A stretch of DNA of 64,000 bases from an uncultured Peptococcaceae bacterium (GCA_964637365.1 CAZWWH010000001.1:64406-128405); one strand, 5' to 3'. Numbered from the stretch's first letter, positions 49,014-60,306 are shown. Numbers and translations: made by a program. Notes: a model not told the origin generated them from the letters alone.

Positions 49014-49044
49014 AAAACCCGATACCTTAACGGTATCGGGTTTT
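49014..49044. terminator. Bidirectional intrinsic terminator (convergent SH3 gene / holA)
   Basis: Perfect hairpin aaacccgataccttaacggtatcgggttt. Confidence 0.85.
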
Positions 49045-49075
49045 ACATATTAATACACCAACCGGCAATCCCATT

Positions 49076-50080
49076 TTATTGATGATGAGCGGTCAACGTC
49101 ATTAAGGCATGAGGAAACAGCTGACGGAACTCCCCTGCCCCGGATTTCATTTTATAATCCGCTTCCATCATCAAAGAAAGGCCGTAAATCAGTTCCTCCA
49201 TGGTGTAGTTCTCCACCGCGGGCATAGCTTTTTTTACACGAAAGATGTGAATCTTGGTAGCCTTCGCAATGGCGTCAGGAGTTTTCCCCTTCCCAGACAA
49301 TTCCTTGATGCGAATCAGAATGCGAATATAATTGGTAATATAGCCAAAAAGAGCCATAGATTCTCCGGGTTTCATTCCCTCCACCAATTCCGTGGCCATG
49401 CGGTAAACCTTTTGGGGATTCCGCTCTCCCAAGGCATCGGAAAGCTGGAAACTGTTGACCTCAGCGCTGCGGGATACTACTCGCAAAATATCATTTTCTT
49501 CAATACGCTTACGTTCCCCCACATAAATGGCGGCCTTTTCCGCCTCATTGACAAGAGCGCCTAGCTGCTCGCCGCAAAGTATTTGGAGTAGATCCAAAGC
49601 GCGACTGTCGATTTGCTTGCCGAGACGGGCCAAATGCTTACGGATATAATCTGGCAATTCCCAACGGCCCAAGGGTTTGTACTCACGCACTTTGCCGCAG
49701 GCAGCCACAGCTTTCACGATTTTCATGCGGGTATCAGCCTTGTCCGCCGTAAAGACTAGGCAAGCGTCTTCATTGGGATGCTTCAAATAATCAAAAAGGA
49801 GCTGATGGTCACCGTTAATTTCCTTCGTTTTTCCTTTGGAACCCCCGTTGGAGTCTTTTTTCTTAAACCAAGGGGCGTTTTCCACAATAATCAGACGCTT
49901 TTCCGAAAATAAGGGATTAGCCTCAGCAGCGGCCAAAATAATATCAAGGGAATCCTTGGCACCGTCAAAAACTTCGGTGCCGTAATCCTCTCCATTGAAA
50001 TAATTGCGGAAATAGGCCAGGTCTTTTTGAAGCAAAAAGGTTTCTTCTCCATAAAACAGATAAACAGGTTTGATATCCAT
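49076..50080 (-). CDS. holA: DNA polymerase III subunit delta
   Basis: HolA family; start MDIKPVYLFYGEE; located downstream of leuS as in Bacilli. Confidence 0.8.
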   Translation of the reverse strand: MDIKPVYLFYGEETFLLQKDLAYFRNYFNGEDYGTEVFDGAKDSLDIILAAAEANPLFSEKRLIIVENAPWFKKKDSNGGSKGKTKEINGDHQLLFDYLKHPNEDACLVFTADKADTRMKIVKAVAACGKVREYKPLGRWELPDYIRKHLARLGKQIDSRALDLLQILCGEQLGALVNEAEKAAIYVGERKRIEENDILRVVSRSAEVNSFQLSDALGERNPQKVYRMATELVEGMKPGESMALFGYITNYIRILIRIKELSGKGKTPDAIAKATKIHIFRVKKAMPAVENYTMEELIYGLSLMMEADYKMKSGAGEFRQLFPHALMTLTAHHQ

Positions 50081-50145
50081 AACGCCTCCTGAAATGTAAG
50101 AGAAAAGGGCGGGCCAAAGGCCAGCCCTTTTAATCATCGGAAAGC

Positions 50146-52617
50146 TCAGGGTTTTACTACAATGTTGACGAGTTTATTGGGAATGGGAATCACTTTCATC
50201 ACATTCTGGCCTTCGGTCAATTTGGCAAAGGCTTTGGTTCCTTTGACATGTGCTTCCAGGGCGCCTTTATCAAGACCGGCGGGAACCACCAATTTTTCCT
50301 TTACTTTGCCGTTGACCTGGATGACGATTTCCACTTCATCGACGGCCAAAGCGGTTTCATCAAACCTCGGCCAGGATAAATCCATAATAGATTCCTTGTG
50401 GCCCATCATTTCCCACATTTCTTCGGTGATGTGGGGAGCGAAAGGAGAAAGCAAGAGAATCAAGGTTTCCAACCCTTCCTTGAGCAAGCCTTCGTTGACG
50501 GCTTTGCTTTCGGCATAGCCCACTAAGCCATTGGTCAGTTCCATAATGGCACTGATGGCAGTGTTGAAATTGAAACGCTGGCTGATATCGTCAGTAACTT
50601 TCTTCATGACCGTATGAATCAAACGGCGAATATCCTTATCCTCTTTGGAAAGAGCTGCAATATCGTAACCGTCTTTTAATTCCAGGTGGGAGGTGACGAT
50701 GCGCCATACGCGGTTTAGGAAACGGTAGCAGCCTTCTACAGCAGAGTCATTCCATTCCAAATCCTTTTCCGGAGGCGCCGCAAAGAGAATGAACAGACGG
50801 GCAGTATCAGCGCCGTATTTATCAATAATGGCTTCGGGGCTGACAACATTCCCCAAGGATTTGGACATTTTAGTGCCATCCTTCAGCACCATACCCTGAG
50901 TCAAAAGATTTTCAAAGGGTTCCTTGGCCTTGCTGAGTCCCAAATCATAGAAGACCTTCATAAAGAAGCGGGCATACATCAAATGAAGGATGGCGTGTTC
51001 CACACCGCCGATGTATTGGTCAACGTTCATCCAATAGTCACTGATCTCTTTATCAAAGGCTTTTTCCGCATTTTTTGGGTCGGTATAACGGAGGTAATAC
51101 CATGAGGAGCACACAAAGGTATCCATAGTATCTACTTCTCTGGTGGCATGGCCGCCACAGCAGGGGCAAGTGGTATCCATAAAGCTCTTGCTGGTCTTTA
51201 ATGGAGAATCGCCGCCAGGATTAAATTCCACGTCGGTAGGCAGGAGCACAGGCAGCTGATCTTCGGGAACCGGCACTGTGCCGCATTTTTCACAATAGAC
51301 CATAGGGATGGGAGCACCCCAGTAACGCTGACGGGAAATCAGCCAGTCACGAAGGCGGTAATTTACCACTCTGCGGCCAAGGCCTTTTTCTTCCAAATAA
51401 TCGGCGATTTTTTCAATGGCCTCTTTATTTTTTAAACCGTTGAAAGGACCGGAATTGGTTAAATACCCTTCTTCCACATAGGCTTCGGTCATGTCGGCGG
51501 CTTTCAAATTCGGGTTATCCGGCGGCAGAATGACTTCCTTGATACCAAGACCGTATTTTTTAGCGAAATCAAAGTCGCGCTGGTCATGGCTGGGGACACC
51601 CATAACGGCGCCGGTGCCATAATCCATAATGACATAGTTGGTAATCCAAATGGGAACACGTTCCCCGTTCAAAGGATTAATCACATAACGGCCAATGAAC
51701 ATCCCCTCTTTTTCCAAATCCGTAGAGGTTCGGTCCACTGTCGAGAGTTTGTGCATTTTTCTCTGAAAAGCTTTGACATCTTCCTCGTACTCGGAGCCTG
51801 CCACCAGCACGTCCACTAAAGGATGCTCCGGCGCGAAAACCATGTAACTCACGCCGTAAACAGTGTCAGGGCGGGTAGTGAATACGGAAAGTTTTTCGTC
51901 ATGGCCTTCGATGTCGAAATCAATTTCCACACCGGTACTTCGTCCAATCCAGTTTTCCTGCATGGTTTTAACCTTGTTGGGCCAACCGGGGAGCAATTCC
52001 AAATCATCCAGCAATCGTTGGGCGTAATCGGTAATTTTAAAGAACCACTGCTCCAGGTTTTTCTTCTCCACAGTGGCGCCGCAGCGTTCACAGGCGCCGT
52101 CAACCACCTGCTCGTTGGCGAGAACGGTGGCACAGGAGGGGCACCAGTTCACAGCGGCCTTTTTCTTATAGGCCAAGCCGTTTTTGTAGAGCTGGAGGAA
52201 AATCCATTGGGTAAATTTATAGTAATCGGGCAGGCAGGTTGCGACTTCTCTGTCCCAATCATAGCTGATCCCCAGGGATTTCAACTGAGTGCGCATATTG
52301 TCCATATTTTTCAAGGTCCAGTCCACGGGATGAACCTTATGCTTGATGGCGGCGTTTTCCGCAGGCAGGCCGAAGGAATCCCAGCCCATAGGATGAAGCA
52401 CGTTATATCCCTGCATTCGTTTGAATCGTGCCACGACATCGCCGATGGAATAATTCCGTACATGTCCCATATGAAGATTCCCCGAGGGATAAGGAAACAT
52501 TTCTAAAAGATAATATTTTTCTTTGGTGATATCATCAGATACCTTAAAGGTTTTTTCTTCTTCCCAGTGCTTTTGCCATTTTTCTTCAATGGCCTGGGCA
52601 TCATATTTCACTTCCAT
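50146..52617 (-). CDS. leuS: Leucine--tRNA ligase
   Basis: HMGH (LHMGHVRNY) and KMSKS motifs, 823 aa. Confidence 0.97.
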   Translation of the reverse strand: MEVKYDAQAIEEKWQKHWEEEKTFKVSDDITKEKYYLLEMFPYPSGNLHMGHVRNYSIGDVVARFKRMQGYNVLHPMGWDSFGLPAENAAIKHKVHPVDWTLKNMDNMRTQLKSLGISYDWDREVATCLPDYYKFTQWIFLQLYKNGLAYKKKAAVNWCPSCATVLANEQVVDGACERCGATVEKKNLEQWFFKITDYAQRLLDDLELLPGWPNKVKTMQENWIGRSTGVEIDFDIEGHDEKLSVFTTRPDTVYGVSYMVFAPEHPLVDVLVAGSEYEEDVKAFQRKMHKLSTVDRTSTDLEKEGMFIGRYVINPLNGERVPIWITNYVIMDYGTGAVMGVPSHDQRDFDFAKKYGLGIKEVILPPDNPNLKAADMTEAYVEEGYLTNSGPFNGLKNKEAIEKIADYLEEKGLGRRVVNYRLRDWLISRQRYWGAPIPMVYCEKCGTVPVPEDQLPVLLPTDVEFNPGGDSPLKTSKSFMDTTCPCCGGHATREVDTMDTFVCSSWYYLRYTDPKNAEKAFDKEISDYWMNVDQYIGGVEHAILHLMYARFFMKVFYDLGLSKAKEPFENLLTQGMVLKDGTKMSKSLGNVVSPEAIIDKYGADTARLFILFAAPPEKDLEWNDSAVEGCYRFLNRVWRIVTSHLELKDGYDIAALSKEDKDIRRLIHTVMKKVTDDISQRFNFNTAISAIMELTNGLVGYAESKAVNEGLLKEGLETLILLLSPFAPHITEEMWEMMGHKESIMDLSWPRFDETALAVDEVEIVIQVNGKVKEKLVVPAGLDKGALEAHVKGTKAFAKLTEGQNVMKVIPIPNKLVNIVVKP

Positions 52618-52644
52618 AATAATACGATACGTCCTTTCTATGAT

Positions 52645-52873
52645 TGCGCAATCGGCATAAAAAAAGCCGTCCCCAATGGGACGGACTGTTCCGCGTTACC
52701 ACCCAAATTGACCTTACGGCCCACTTGTAAGAGGATAACGGCCCAAACCGCCGCAGTTTCCCGCAGAGGACTCCAAGACGAGTTCAGCCTGGCCATCGTA
52801 CCTCGCAGCTACCGGCACGTCTCTGAATATGGGACAAGGCTTACTACTTCTCTTCATTGTCCGAAACAATATT
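52645..52873 (-). promoter_or_regulatory. T-box riboswitch leader of leuS
   Basis: Minus strand carries the conserved T-box AATTTGGGTGGTAACGCGG followed by terminator hairpin ccgtcccattggggacgg plus T-run; a Stem-I-like hairpin lies near the 5' end. Confidence 0.75.
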
Positions 52874-52879
52874 GTTAAT

Positions 52880-52909
52880 ATTATATCCGACCAATGGCAC
52901 CATTGTCAA
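52880..52909 (-). promoter_or_regulatory. Sigma-A promoter driving the leuS T-box leader
   Basis: TTGACA-18 nt-TATAAT on the minus strand. Confidence 0.6.
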
Positions 52910-53015
52910 GCAATACCGGCAGGATTCGGAAAATTTCTCAGCGTCACGGCTTCAACTGCAAAACAAAAGGAGCATTATTTCAATGCTCCCATATATCTCG
53001 GTTTTTCATACCTCT

Positions 53016-53570
53016 TTATGCAGCCAGAAGCCTGTGGGCCCGTTTCTCTTGCTGCATTGCAACAATAATATCAGTTAAAAAGAAGCAAGCCCGCAAAGCG
53101 AAACGGAGATCCTTTTCAATACTACCGCGCCCAACCATATACTCATCGTGCCACGCCTTGATTTGGACCATAGGATCGCATTGCTCCGGAAAATGGAATT
53201 TAGGCAAACGCTCACATTTGGTTAAACGAAAGTGAAGTCGCATTTCATACAGCATATGTCGCCGCATATTCTTCTGCAAATATTTCTTATTGTGAGCATT
53301 GGTAAAATAGTCCGCAATAAAGTGAAGCATTTCTCCTACTTTATAGCTGAATACCCGAAGGTCATTGCCTTCCAATTCGCAAATATCCTCCCACAAGGCC
53401 GAAGCGGATTGCAAGCAAGCTTCATCGTAATGAGAGCCGTGCTCCTTGTCCTTCAGATCTGGCATAACGCTACCTCGGTAAATGGCATTGAGGATAAAGT
53501 GAAAACCGTATTGTTCCTTAGCGTAGTCGCTGACACGACTGGCCAAAACAGTATGACTGGGAATCAACAT
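53016..53570 (-). CDS. Hypothetical protein (His-rich; weak resemblance to zinc-dependent phospholipase C-like proteins)
   Basis: 184 aa with several H..H/HYDE motifs; no confident family. Confidence 0.3.
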   Translation of the reverse strand: MLIPSHTVLASRVSDYAKEQYGFHFILNAIYRGSVMPDLKDKEHGSHYDEACLQSASALWEDICELEGNDLRVFSYKVGEMLHFIADYFTNAHNKKYLQKNMRRHMLYEMRLHFRLTKCERLPKFHFPEQCDPMVQIKAWHDEYMVGRGSIEKDLRFALRACFFLTDIIVAMQQEKRAHRLLAA

Positions 53571-53674
53571 TTAAAATACACCTTTTCTTCCTTGCGGATC
53601 ACTTTCGTCATTGTACCACATAAACCAAGGAATACAAGGTTTTCTTTCGGTTTTTCTTGTGAACACTCTGTGTG

Positions 53675-54598
53675 TTAACCCCGCAAAAAAATGTAAACAA
53701 GGTACGGGAAATAGAGCAAAAACAGTACGGTTCCTTGTCCTCGGCTGAGTTTTTTATCCCGCAGAACAAAGAACAGGAGCAGCAGCGTAACACCGCAAAG
53801 ATACAAATCATCCACGGTTACGAACCGTGCTACATTCATAGGATGAATCACCGTCGTAGTTCCCAAGACCAAACCAATATTGAAAATATTGGAACCGATG
53901 ATATTCCCCATAGCGATATCGTTTTCTCCTTTTTTGGCAGCCACCAGGGAAGTCACTAATTCTGGCAATGAGGTACCCAATGCCACCACCGTCAGCCCTA
54001 CCAGAGAATCGGAAAGCCCGAAATTCAAAGCAATTTTGGTAGCGGAATCCACTACTAAATTGCCACCGAGAATCACTCCCAACAACCCCAAAACAATAAA
54101 AACTAACGATTTTCCCAACTTTACATCGGAGGAGTCCTCTTTGGCTGTGCTACGGAATCGGAGGGCGTCCCGCAGCATCAAAGCCAAAAATAAGGCAAAA
54201 AGCACTAAAAACAACGCGCCTTCCCAACGGGCAAGATAACCATTGATAGCTGTGATAAAAAACAATACCGCCGCTGCCAGAGAGATGGGAATATCCCGTT
54301 TTAACAGTTCATGATTGACCGTCATGGGACGAATCATGGCAGATAAACCACCGACACAGAGTAGATTAAATAAATTTGAACCAATGACATTCCCCACGGA
54401 AATACCGCTCTGGCCCCCCAATGATCCGGTAATGCTGACAGAAAGCTCCGGCGCACTGGTTCCCATCGCCACAATGGTGAGACCGATAATCACCGATGGT
54501 ACTCTCAATAGCTTGGCCAAATCCGAGGCGCCGGATACAAACCAGTCAGCTCCTTTGATCAACAAAAAAAATCCTATCAATAAAATGAAATAGTTCAT
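53675..54598 (-). CDS. CaCA-family sodium/calcium exchanger (YrbG-like)
   Basis: Two internally repeated alpha-repeat motifs (GTSAPEL / GTSLPEL), 10 TM, 307 aa. Confidence 0.8.
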   Translation of the reverse strand: MNYFILLIGFFLLIKGADWFVSGASDLAKLLRVPSVIIGLTIVAMGTSAPELSVSITGSLGGQSGISVGNVIGSNLFNLLCVGGLSAMIRPMTVNHELLKRDIPISLAAAVLFFITAINGYLARWEGALFLVLFALFLALMLRDALRFRSTAKEDSSDVKLGKSLVFIVLGLLGVILGGNLVVDSATKIALNFGLSDSLVGLTVVALGTSLPELVTSLVAAKKGENDIAMGNIIGSNIFNIGLVLGTTTVIHPMNVARFVTVDDLYLCGVTLLLLFFVLRDKKLSRGQGTVLFLLYFPYLVYIFLRG

Positions 54599-54706
54599 TT
54601 GTCCTCACCAATTTCAATCATAATGACAGTTCCCCTTAAGAGGATGAGTATTATTTAATATTATGTATTTCCAAAGGGATTTTTTCCCTTTTCCAATGGT
54701 TTTCTA

Positions 54707-54735
54707 TTGTCAAGTTTCGACTTTAGCGGTAAAAT
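54707..54735 (+). promoter_or_regulatory. Sigma-A promoter for guaA
   Basis: TTGTCA-17 nt-TAAAAT about 120 nt upstream of the GTG start. Confidence 0.5.
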
Positions 54736-54856
54736 AGAGTACAGCATAGGGCACAATGTGCATTCAAGCCCGAAAGGGCTTAATTTCTTGGGATACCCGA
54801 TAAGTATTCCCAAATTGCATAAAAAATAGTAATAAAAATCCAAAGGAGCAACCATT

Positions 54857-56389
54857 GTGAAAAACGAAACCGTTGTATTATTAGACTTCGGCGCCCAATA
54901 TAACCAACTGATCGCCAGAAGAGTTCGTGAGTGCGGCGTCTATTGTGAGCTATTGCCTTACGATACTGATATCGAAGAAATCAAAGCCCATTCTCCCAAA
55001 GGAATCATCCTAACCGGCGGTCCTTATAATGCCTATGAGGAAGGGGCTCCCCTGCCGGCCAAGGCTGTGTTTGAATTGGGAATCCCGATTTTAGGTATTT
55101 GTTATGGTCTCCAGAGCATGACCCAGGTTCTGGGCGGTGCGATTGATCGTGTGGAAAAGCGGGAATACGGCGCTCAAAATATCACCTTGTCAGAAGCGCC
55201 GATTTTTGATGAGCTCAGCGGCGAAACCCACTGTTGGATGAGTCATACCAATCAAGTCGGCACACTGCCGCCGGGATTTCAGTCCATCGCCCACACGGAA
55301 ACATGTCCCAACGCTGCCGTTATGGACGGTAAACGGAATTTTTATGGCGTACAATTCCACCCTGAAGTAGAACATACCCCCTTTGGACAAACCATGCTGC
55401 ATAATTTCTTATTTAAAGTTTGCGGTTGCAGCGGCGATTGGCAAATGGACTCTTATGCGAAACGTGCCATTGAAGAATTGCGCGCAAAAATGAAAGGACA
55501 AAAGGTCATCTGCGCGCTCTCTGGCGGTGTAGATTCCTCCGTAGCTGCAGTACTGGCTCATAAGGCCATTGGCGATGATTTGACCTGTATTTTTGTGGAT
55601 CATGGCCTTCTGCGAAAAGACGAAGGCGATGAAGTAGAAACCATTTTCAAAAAGCAATTTGCAATGAACCTGATTCGCGTGGACTGCAAACAACGGTTTT
55701 TGGATCTTTTGGCAGGCGTTACGGAACCGGAGAAAAAACGGAAACTCATTGGCGCGGAATTTATCAAAGTTTTTGAAGAGGAAGCAAAAAAACTGGGGCA
55801 ATGTGATATTTTGATTCAAGGTACCATCTATCCCGATGTCATTGAAAGCGGCAATAAAAATGCTCAGGTAATTAAGAGCCACCACAATGTCGGCGGACTT
55901 CCCGATGTCATGGATTTCAAAGAAATCGTGGAACCTCTTCGTGACCTGTTCAAAGATGAGGTTCGCAAGCTCGGTTTGGAATTAGGAATTCCTGATTTCC
56001 TTGTATTCCGTCAGCCCTTCCCCGGACCCGGTTTGGCTGTTCGTATCATCGGCGACATCACTGCGGAAAAAGTGGAAATTCTGCAAAATGCCGATGCCAT
56101 TTTCCGAGAAGAACTGGAGCAAGACGGCATTGCCAAAAACATCAATCAATACTTTGCCGTTCTTACCGGCATGAGAAGTGTCGGCGTCATGGGTGATGAA
56201 CGCACCTATGATTACACCTTGGCTCTCCGCGCCGTAACCACCTCGGACTTTATGACAGCGGATTGGGCCCAGATTCCCTACCCCACCTTGGCCAGGGTCT
56301 CCAACCGCATCACCAATGAAGTACGCCACATCAACCGCGTCGTCTATGACATCACCCAAAAACCCCCGGCAACTATTGAGTGGGAATGA
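54857..56389 (+). CDS. guaA: GMP synthase (glutamine-hydrolysing)
   Basis: GATase domain (ICYGLQ), PP-loop [11 protein letters not shown] synthase C-domain; GTG start with AAAGGAG RBS. Confidence 0.95.
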   Translation: MKNETVVLLDFGAQYNQLIARRVRECGVYCELLPYDTDIEEIKAHSPKGIILTGGPYNAYEEGAPLPAKAVFELGIPILGICYGLQSMTQVLGGAIDRVEKREYGAQNITLSEAPIFDELSGETHCWMSHTNQVGTLPPGFQSIAHTETCPNAAVMDGKRNFYGVQFHPEVEHTPFGQTMLHNFLFKVCGCSGDWQMDSYAKRAIEELRAKMKGQKVICALSGGVDSSVAAVLAHKAIGDDLTCIFVDHGLLRKDEGDEVETIFKKQFAMNLIRVDCKQRFLDLLAGVTEPEKKRKLIGAEFIKVFEEEAKKLGQCDILIQGTIYPDVIESGNKNAQVIKSHHNVGGLPDVMDFKEIVEPLRDLFKDEVRKLGLELGIPDFLVFRQPFPGPGLAVRIIGDITAEKVEILQNADAIFREELEQDGIAKNINQYFAVLTGMRSVGVMGDERTYDYTLALRAVTTSDFMTADWAQIPYPTLARVSNRITNEVRHINRVVYDITQKPPATIEWE

Positions 56390-56409
56390 TAAAGATATTT
56401 TTTAATACA

Positions 56410-56445
56410 ATAGCAGGTAATCGATATGACTACCTGCTATTATTT
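56410..56445 (+). terminator. Intrinsic terminator of guaA
   Basis: atagcaggtaatcgatatgactacctgctat hairpin plus T-run. Confidence 0.8.
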
Positions 56446-56481
56446 AGGGTTTACATTGAAAGAGCAGTATAGGAGGCAGCA

Positions 56482-56769
56482 ATGAAATTCGCATTTATCA
56501 TCATGGGGACATTTGGCCCCCAAGAGGATCGAGCAAAGATCCACAACGGAGCAGCACAAATCATAGGAGTCTCCAATATTGATGAAGCCTGCGCCGTCGC
56601 AAAGGCTCTACAAAAGGAAGGTATAGACTGTATTGAGCTTTGCGGCGCCTTTGGAGAAAGCGGCGCAAAAAGAATCATCGAGACCACAGAGAATCAAGTT
56701 CCCATTGGGTATGTTACTCACCTTGCAGAACAGGAACACCTATTTCAATTAAAATTCGGAAATTCATAA
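56482..56769 (+). CDS. Hypothetical small (95 aa) alpha/beta protein
   Basis: RBS-like AGGAGG 12 nt upstream, well-formed ORF, no recognised family. Confidence 0.4.
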   Translation: MKFAFIIMGTFGPQEDRAKIHNGAAQIIGVSNIDEACAVAKALQKEGIDCIELCGAFGESGAKRIIETTENQVPIGYVTHLAEQEHLFQLKFGNS

Positions 56770-56795
56770 AACCACCCTTTAGGAGTCAAACATTT

Positions 56796-57239
56796 ATGTT
56801 TATCTATGAAACCAAAGAACGGACTCCCTCTCTTATCAAAAATCTACTTCAACTTTGGGAACGATCCGTGCGAGCAACCCATCATTTTCTTTCAGAGTCA
56901 GAAATTCAACGTATCGCTGCGTATATTCCCAAAGCTTTAAAGGAAGTTCCCCACTTAATCATCGCCACGGACAAAAGCGGCAAACCAACGGCGTTTATGG
57001 GAATTGCTGAAACAACCCTGGAGATGCTGTTTCTCGCCCCAGAGATGCGAGGAAAGGGAATAGGAAAAGCCCTCCTTCAATACGGCATTGAGAATTATAC
57101 TGTTAATGAATTATGTGTCAATGAACAAAATCCTCAAGCCAAAGGGTTTTACGAGCACATGGGATTTGAAATATACCAACGAAGTCCCTTAGACAGCCAG
57201 GGAAGTCCATATCCTATTCTCCATATGCAGAGAAAATAA
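56796..57239 (+). CDS. GNAT-family N-acetyltransferase
   Basis: Acetyl-CoA binding motif (..RGKGIGKALL..); start MFIYETK with AGGAG RBS. Confidence 0.75.
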   Translation: MFIYETKERTPSLIKNLLQLWERSVRATHHFLSESEIQRIAAYIPKALKEVPHLIIATDKSGKPTAFMGIAETTLEMLFLAPEMRGKGIGKALLQYGIENYTVNELCVNEQNPQAKGFYEHMGFEIYQRSPLDSQGSPYPILHMQRK

Positions 57240-57261
57240 GCACTTATAGATATATATCCCA

Positions 57262-57303
57262 AAAAGGACCTTATCAGTTGATCAACCGATAAGGTCCTTT
57301 TTT
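57262..57303. terminator. Bidirectional terminator (GNAT / regulator convergent)
   Basis: aaaggaccttatcagttgatcaaccgataaggtccttt hairpin. Confidence 0.85.
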
Positions 57304-57314
57304 ATTGTGATTTT

Positions 57315-58184
57315 TCATGACGAACGGTTACTCCTGCGAAATTGCCCCGGAGTTGTCCCCTCGTGCTCCTTAAAAATTTTATTAAAATAGCTTTGGTCGG
57401 TAAATCCCACCTGATTAGCAATTTCAGCAATGCTCAGGTCGGAAAATATCAAAAGCTCTTTGGCTTTTTCAATGCGAATGCCGTTGAGATAAGAACGAAA
57501 ATTGCAATTCATCTTCTTATTAAAAATGCGACTCAGATGGGACGGATTCACATAAGCATATTTGGCTGCGTCACTAAGAGTGATATTTTCCGCATAGTTC
57601 GATGCGATAAAATCTAGAATGGAATTTACTAGATTATTACTAATCTTATGATCACTGGCCTCTATTTTTTCTCCGATTGGTACCCCATCATTACTGCAGT
57701 TGGCTACGAGCATGGCCATGGTTTCGGAAAGAGCTACCAAATAGTTAATGTCTCCCGAGGGATATTGCTGTAGATTGTCCCTTAAAACAGTGATATCTTC
57801 CTGGGAAAGGTTCCAGAGGGGCAATACCCTTTTTTCTAGATATTCGTCAGGTTCCATAGTAAGTACCGGACCTGCCTGAAGCGCAGCAATTAATTCTTTC
57901 CCTTGAAATACCGGAATTATAATATTAGAGAGACCAAAGGGACATCTATAAATAATTTGACGGTTCACATTCGTAGAAATGTCGCAACGTTTATAAATAT
58001 GGTCGTAACTGATATCAATCCCCACGCACTCGGCAACCTTCTGACAAAAGCAATGATCCAGATGACATTTCGGTACTTCAATCAATTTTCGATTTGGCAC
58101 ATCAATGACCAAACTATAAGAATTTGTAGTAGCATAAAGCAATTTACCAGCATGGCAAAGATTGGCTAACACTTTATCCGTCAT
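57315..58184 (-). CDS. AraC-family transcriptional regulator with an N-terminal PocR-like sensor domain
   Basis: C-terminal double HTH AraC signature (..LSDAAKYAYVNPSHLSRIFNKK.., ..IAEIANQVGFTDQSYFNKIFKE..); N-terminal ~170 aa Cys/His-rich sensory domain; start MTDKVLANL preceded by AAAGGAGAG. Confidence 0.8.
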   Translation of the reverse strand: MTDKVLANLCHAGKLLYATTNSYSLVIDVPNRKLIEVPKCHLDHCFCQKVAECVGIDISYDHIYKRCDISTNVNRQIIYRCPFGLSNIIIPVFQGKELIAALQAGPVLTMEPDEYLEKRVLPLWNLSQEDITVLRDNLQQYPSGDINYLVALSETMAMLVANCSNDGVPIGEKIEASDHKISNNLVNSILDFIASNYAENITLSDAAKYAYVNPSHLSRIFNKKMNCNFRSYLNGIRIEKAKELLIFSDLSIAEIANQVGFTDQSYFNKIFKEHEGTTPGQFRRSNRSS

Positions 58185-58665
58185 ATGGGCTCTCCTTTCA
58201 GTGTCCATAACCATTGTATCTTCATAGCGATAGAGGGCTTATTTCAATGTTTAAAATTTTTACATTACGATCATAAACTATATGCAATACCACAAAATGC
58301 CTTTTTGTATCTTTCATTGAAATTATACATTAAAACATGTTAACTTTACAACACAATATTACTATTTAACTGCTAATATGCAAATTATTTCCTAAAACGT
58401 CAATTAATTACAAAATATTCAATCGGTTGGATAATAAAATCACTCCACTATGGATTTTTCAATATGATAGCAATATTTTTCACATTTTAAATGTAATTTA
58501 TTTCCAAGTTTCAATCAATTAAATACTATAAAATCTTGTGAAAACAGTGTAAATTTAACTCAACAAAGATACTTAACCAAATTCCTAGCGATATGGAAAA
58601 CAAGAATTTGGAAAGGAGGTGTAAAACTCCAAGCATCTCAATCTAAAAATAAGGAGGAAAAAATA

Positions 58666-60306
58666 ATGAGTATGGTAGACAAAAGAGAGGCAGCTACAAA
58701 AAGCAAAGTAGTACTGATCGTATCAATGATCATTGCCATTGTCTTTGTTGCTCTTGGTGCAATCTTCCCTGAAGGAACTGCCAAGGTCATCAACATTCTT
58801 AATGCGTTCTTAACCGGAGAACTAGGTTGGATGTATCTTTTGTTTATGGCGTTCTTTGTGTTCTTCACCTTTGGCCTTGCATTTTCCAAATACGGAAAAA
58901 TCAAATTAGGGAAAGATGACGACAAACCTGATTTTAGTAATTTCCAATGGTTCGCCCTTTTGTTTGGCGGCGGTATCGGTATCGGCCTTGTGTTCTGGGC
59001 CATTGCAGAACCAATGCAACATCTGGCTACCGGTCCCATGGACGATCCACTTACCGTGGAAGCGATGCGTACCGCAATCCGCATCACCTTCGCTCATGAA
59101 GGGGTTCACTGCTGGGCCACCTTTGCTCTGGTAGGGACCTGCCTAGCTTACCATGTATATCGGAAAGATAGACCATTCCTCATGAGTTCCGCTTTTTATC
59201 CCCTGTTCGGCGAAAAAGTTTATGGTCCTGTGGGTTACGTCGTGGACATTCTGGCAACTTTTGCCACCTTGTTCGGCATCGTTACCAGCTTGGGCTTGGG
59301 GGCAATGCAGATCGTTGGCGGTCTCGGTTATATGTACGGCTTTAACACGAGCAATGTAACTGTCGCAATCGTAATTGCCGTTATTACCGTGGCCTTTACC
59401 CTGGCGACAGCCACCGGCCTTCACGCATGGATGACTAAGGTCGTTAACTTAAAAACTTGGCTCTCAATCCTTTTCATGATATTCTTCCTCGTCTTTGGCG
59501 GATTCGTTTTTATCATGCGAAACATGAGCGATGCCATCGGTGTTTATCTTAATGATTTCTTCACCCAGACCTTCTGGTACGGCGACCCTGAATGGCTCAG
59601 TGCCTGGACTGTATTCTACTGGGCATGGTGGATTTCCTGGGCAACCTTCTGCGGCACCTTTTTTGCCAGAGTATCCAAAGGCCGTACCGTAAGACAGATG
59701 CTCCTGGGCAGCACCTTCCTGCCTGCCGGCTTCTCCTTTATCTGGATTACCATCTATGCCGGCGCAGCCTTCAACCTTGACCTTACGGTTTTAGGAAATG
59801 GTGCTGTTCAAACCGGCCCCATCTTTGAAGCAGCCAACGCAAACTATGCCACGGCAATGTTCGCTACCTTAGAACAGCTTCCTCTCTATAAAATCATGGG
59901 TCCATTGGCTCTGCTTCTCGTATTCCTCTGCTTCCTCGGTGCTGCGGACTCCGCCACCTTCGTATTGCCGATGCTTACCATGGGCGGCAGTCAGAACCCA
60001 CCGAAGAAAGCAAGAATTTTCTGGGGCGCTGCCCAAGGTGCGGTTGCCATCGTTTTGGTACTCGCGGCGGGCGAAGCGACGCTGAAAGCACTGCAAACAG
60101 CATCGGTCATGGCGGCTTTCCCCTTCATGTTCGTACTGGCGCTCATGTGCATCGCCATTGTTCGGGCCTTCAAAGGTGAATTTGATTCTTCCATTGGAGA
60201 CATCCCAATGTTCGATAAAGCAGCAAGGGCAGCCGCAAAAGCGCGCAAAGAGGAATTGAAAGCCGCCGCCCAAAAAGCCGCTGAAGAAGAGGCGGCAGCA
60301 GAATAA
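58666..60306 (+). CDS. BCCT-family transporter (betaine/carnitine/choline type)
   Basis: 12-TM BCCT family with Trp-rich signature segments (WTVFYWAWWISWATFCG); strong RBS AAGGAGGAAAAAATAATG. Confidence 0.9.
   Translation: MSMVDKREAATKSKVVLIVSMIIAIVFVALGAIFPEGTAKVINILNAFLTGELGWMYLLFMAFFVFFTFGLAFSKYGKIKLGKDDDKPDFSNFQWFALLFGGGIGIGLVFWAIAEPMQHLATGPMDDPLTVEAMRTAIRITFAHEGVHCWATFALVGTCLAYHVYRKDRPFLMSSAFYPLFGEKVYGPVGYVVDILATFATLFGIVTSLGLGAMQIVGGLGYMYGFNTSNVTVAIVIAVITVAFTLATATGLHAWMTKVVNLKTWLSILFMIFFLVFGGFVFIMRNMSDAIGVYLNDFFTQTFWYGDPEWLSAWTVFYWAWWISWATFCGTFFARVSKGRTVRQMLLGSTFLPAGFSFIWITIYAGAAFNLDLTVLGNGAVQTGPIFEAANANYATAMFATLEQLPLYKIMGPLALLLVFLCFLGAADSATFVLPMLTMGGSQNPPKKARIFWGAAQGAVAIVLVLAAGEATLKALQTASVMAAFPFMFVLALMCIAIVRAFKGEFDSSIGDIPMFDKAARAAAKARKEELKAAAQKAAEEEAAAE

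Noticed and set aside
54736-54856. Purine (guanine) riboswitch expected upstream of guaA
   Set aside because: The leader has hairpins (gcacaatgtgc; aagcccgaaagggctt) but not the conserved purine-riboswitch core (UAUA...GGGCACCGUAAAUGUCC-like junction). Only a promoter and a possibly structured leader are called.
58215-58665. Cobalamin riboswitch in the AT-rich region upstream of the corrinoid-dependent cluster
   Set aside because: No B12-box (GCCACUG-like) or the GC-rich stems typical of AdoCbl riboswitches; the region is almost pure AT.
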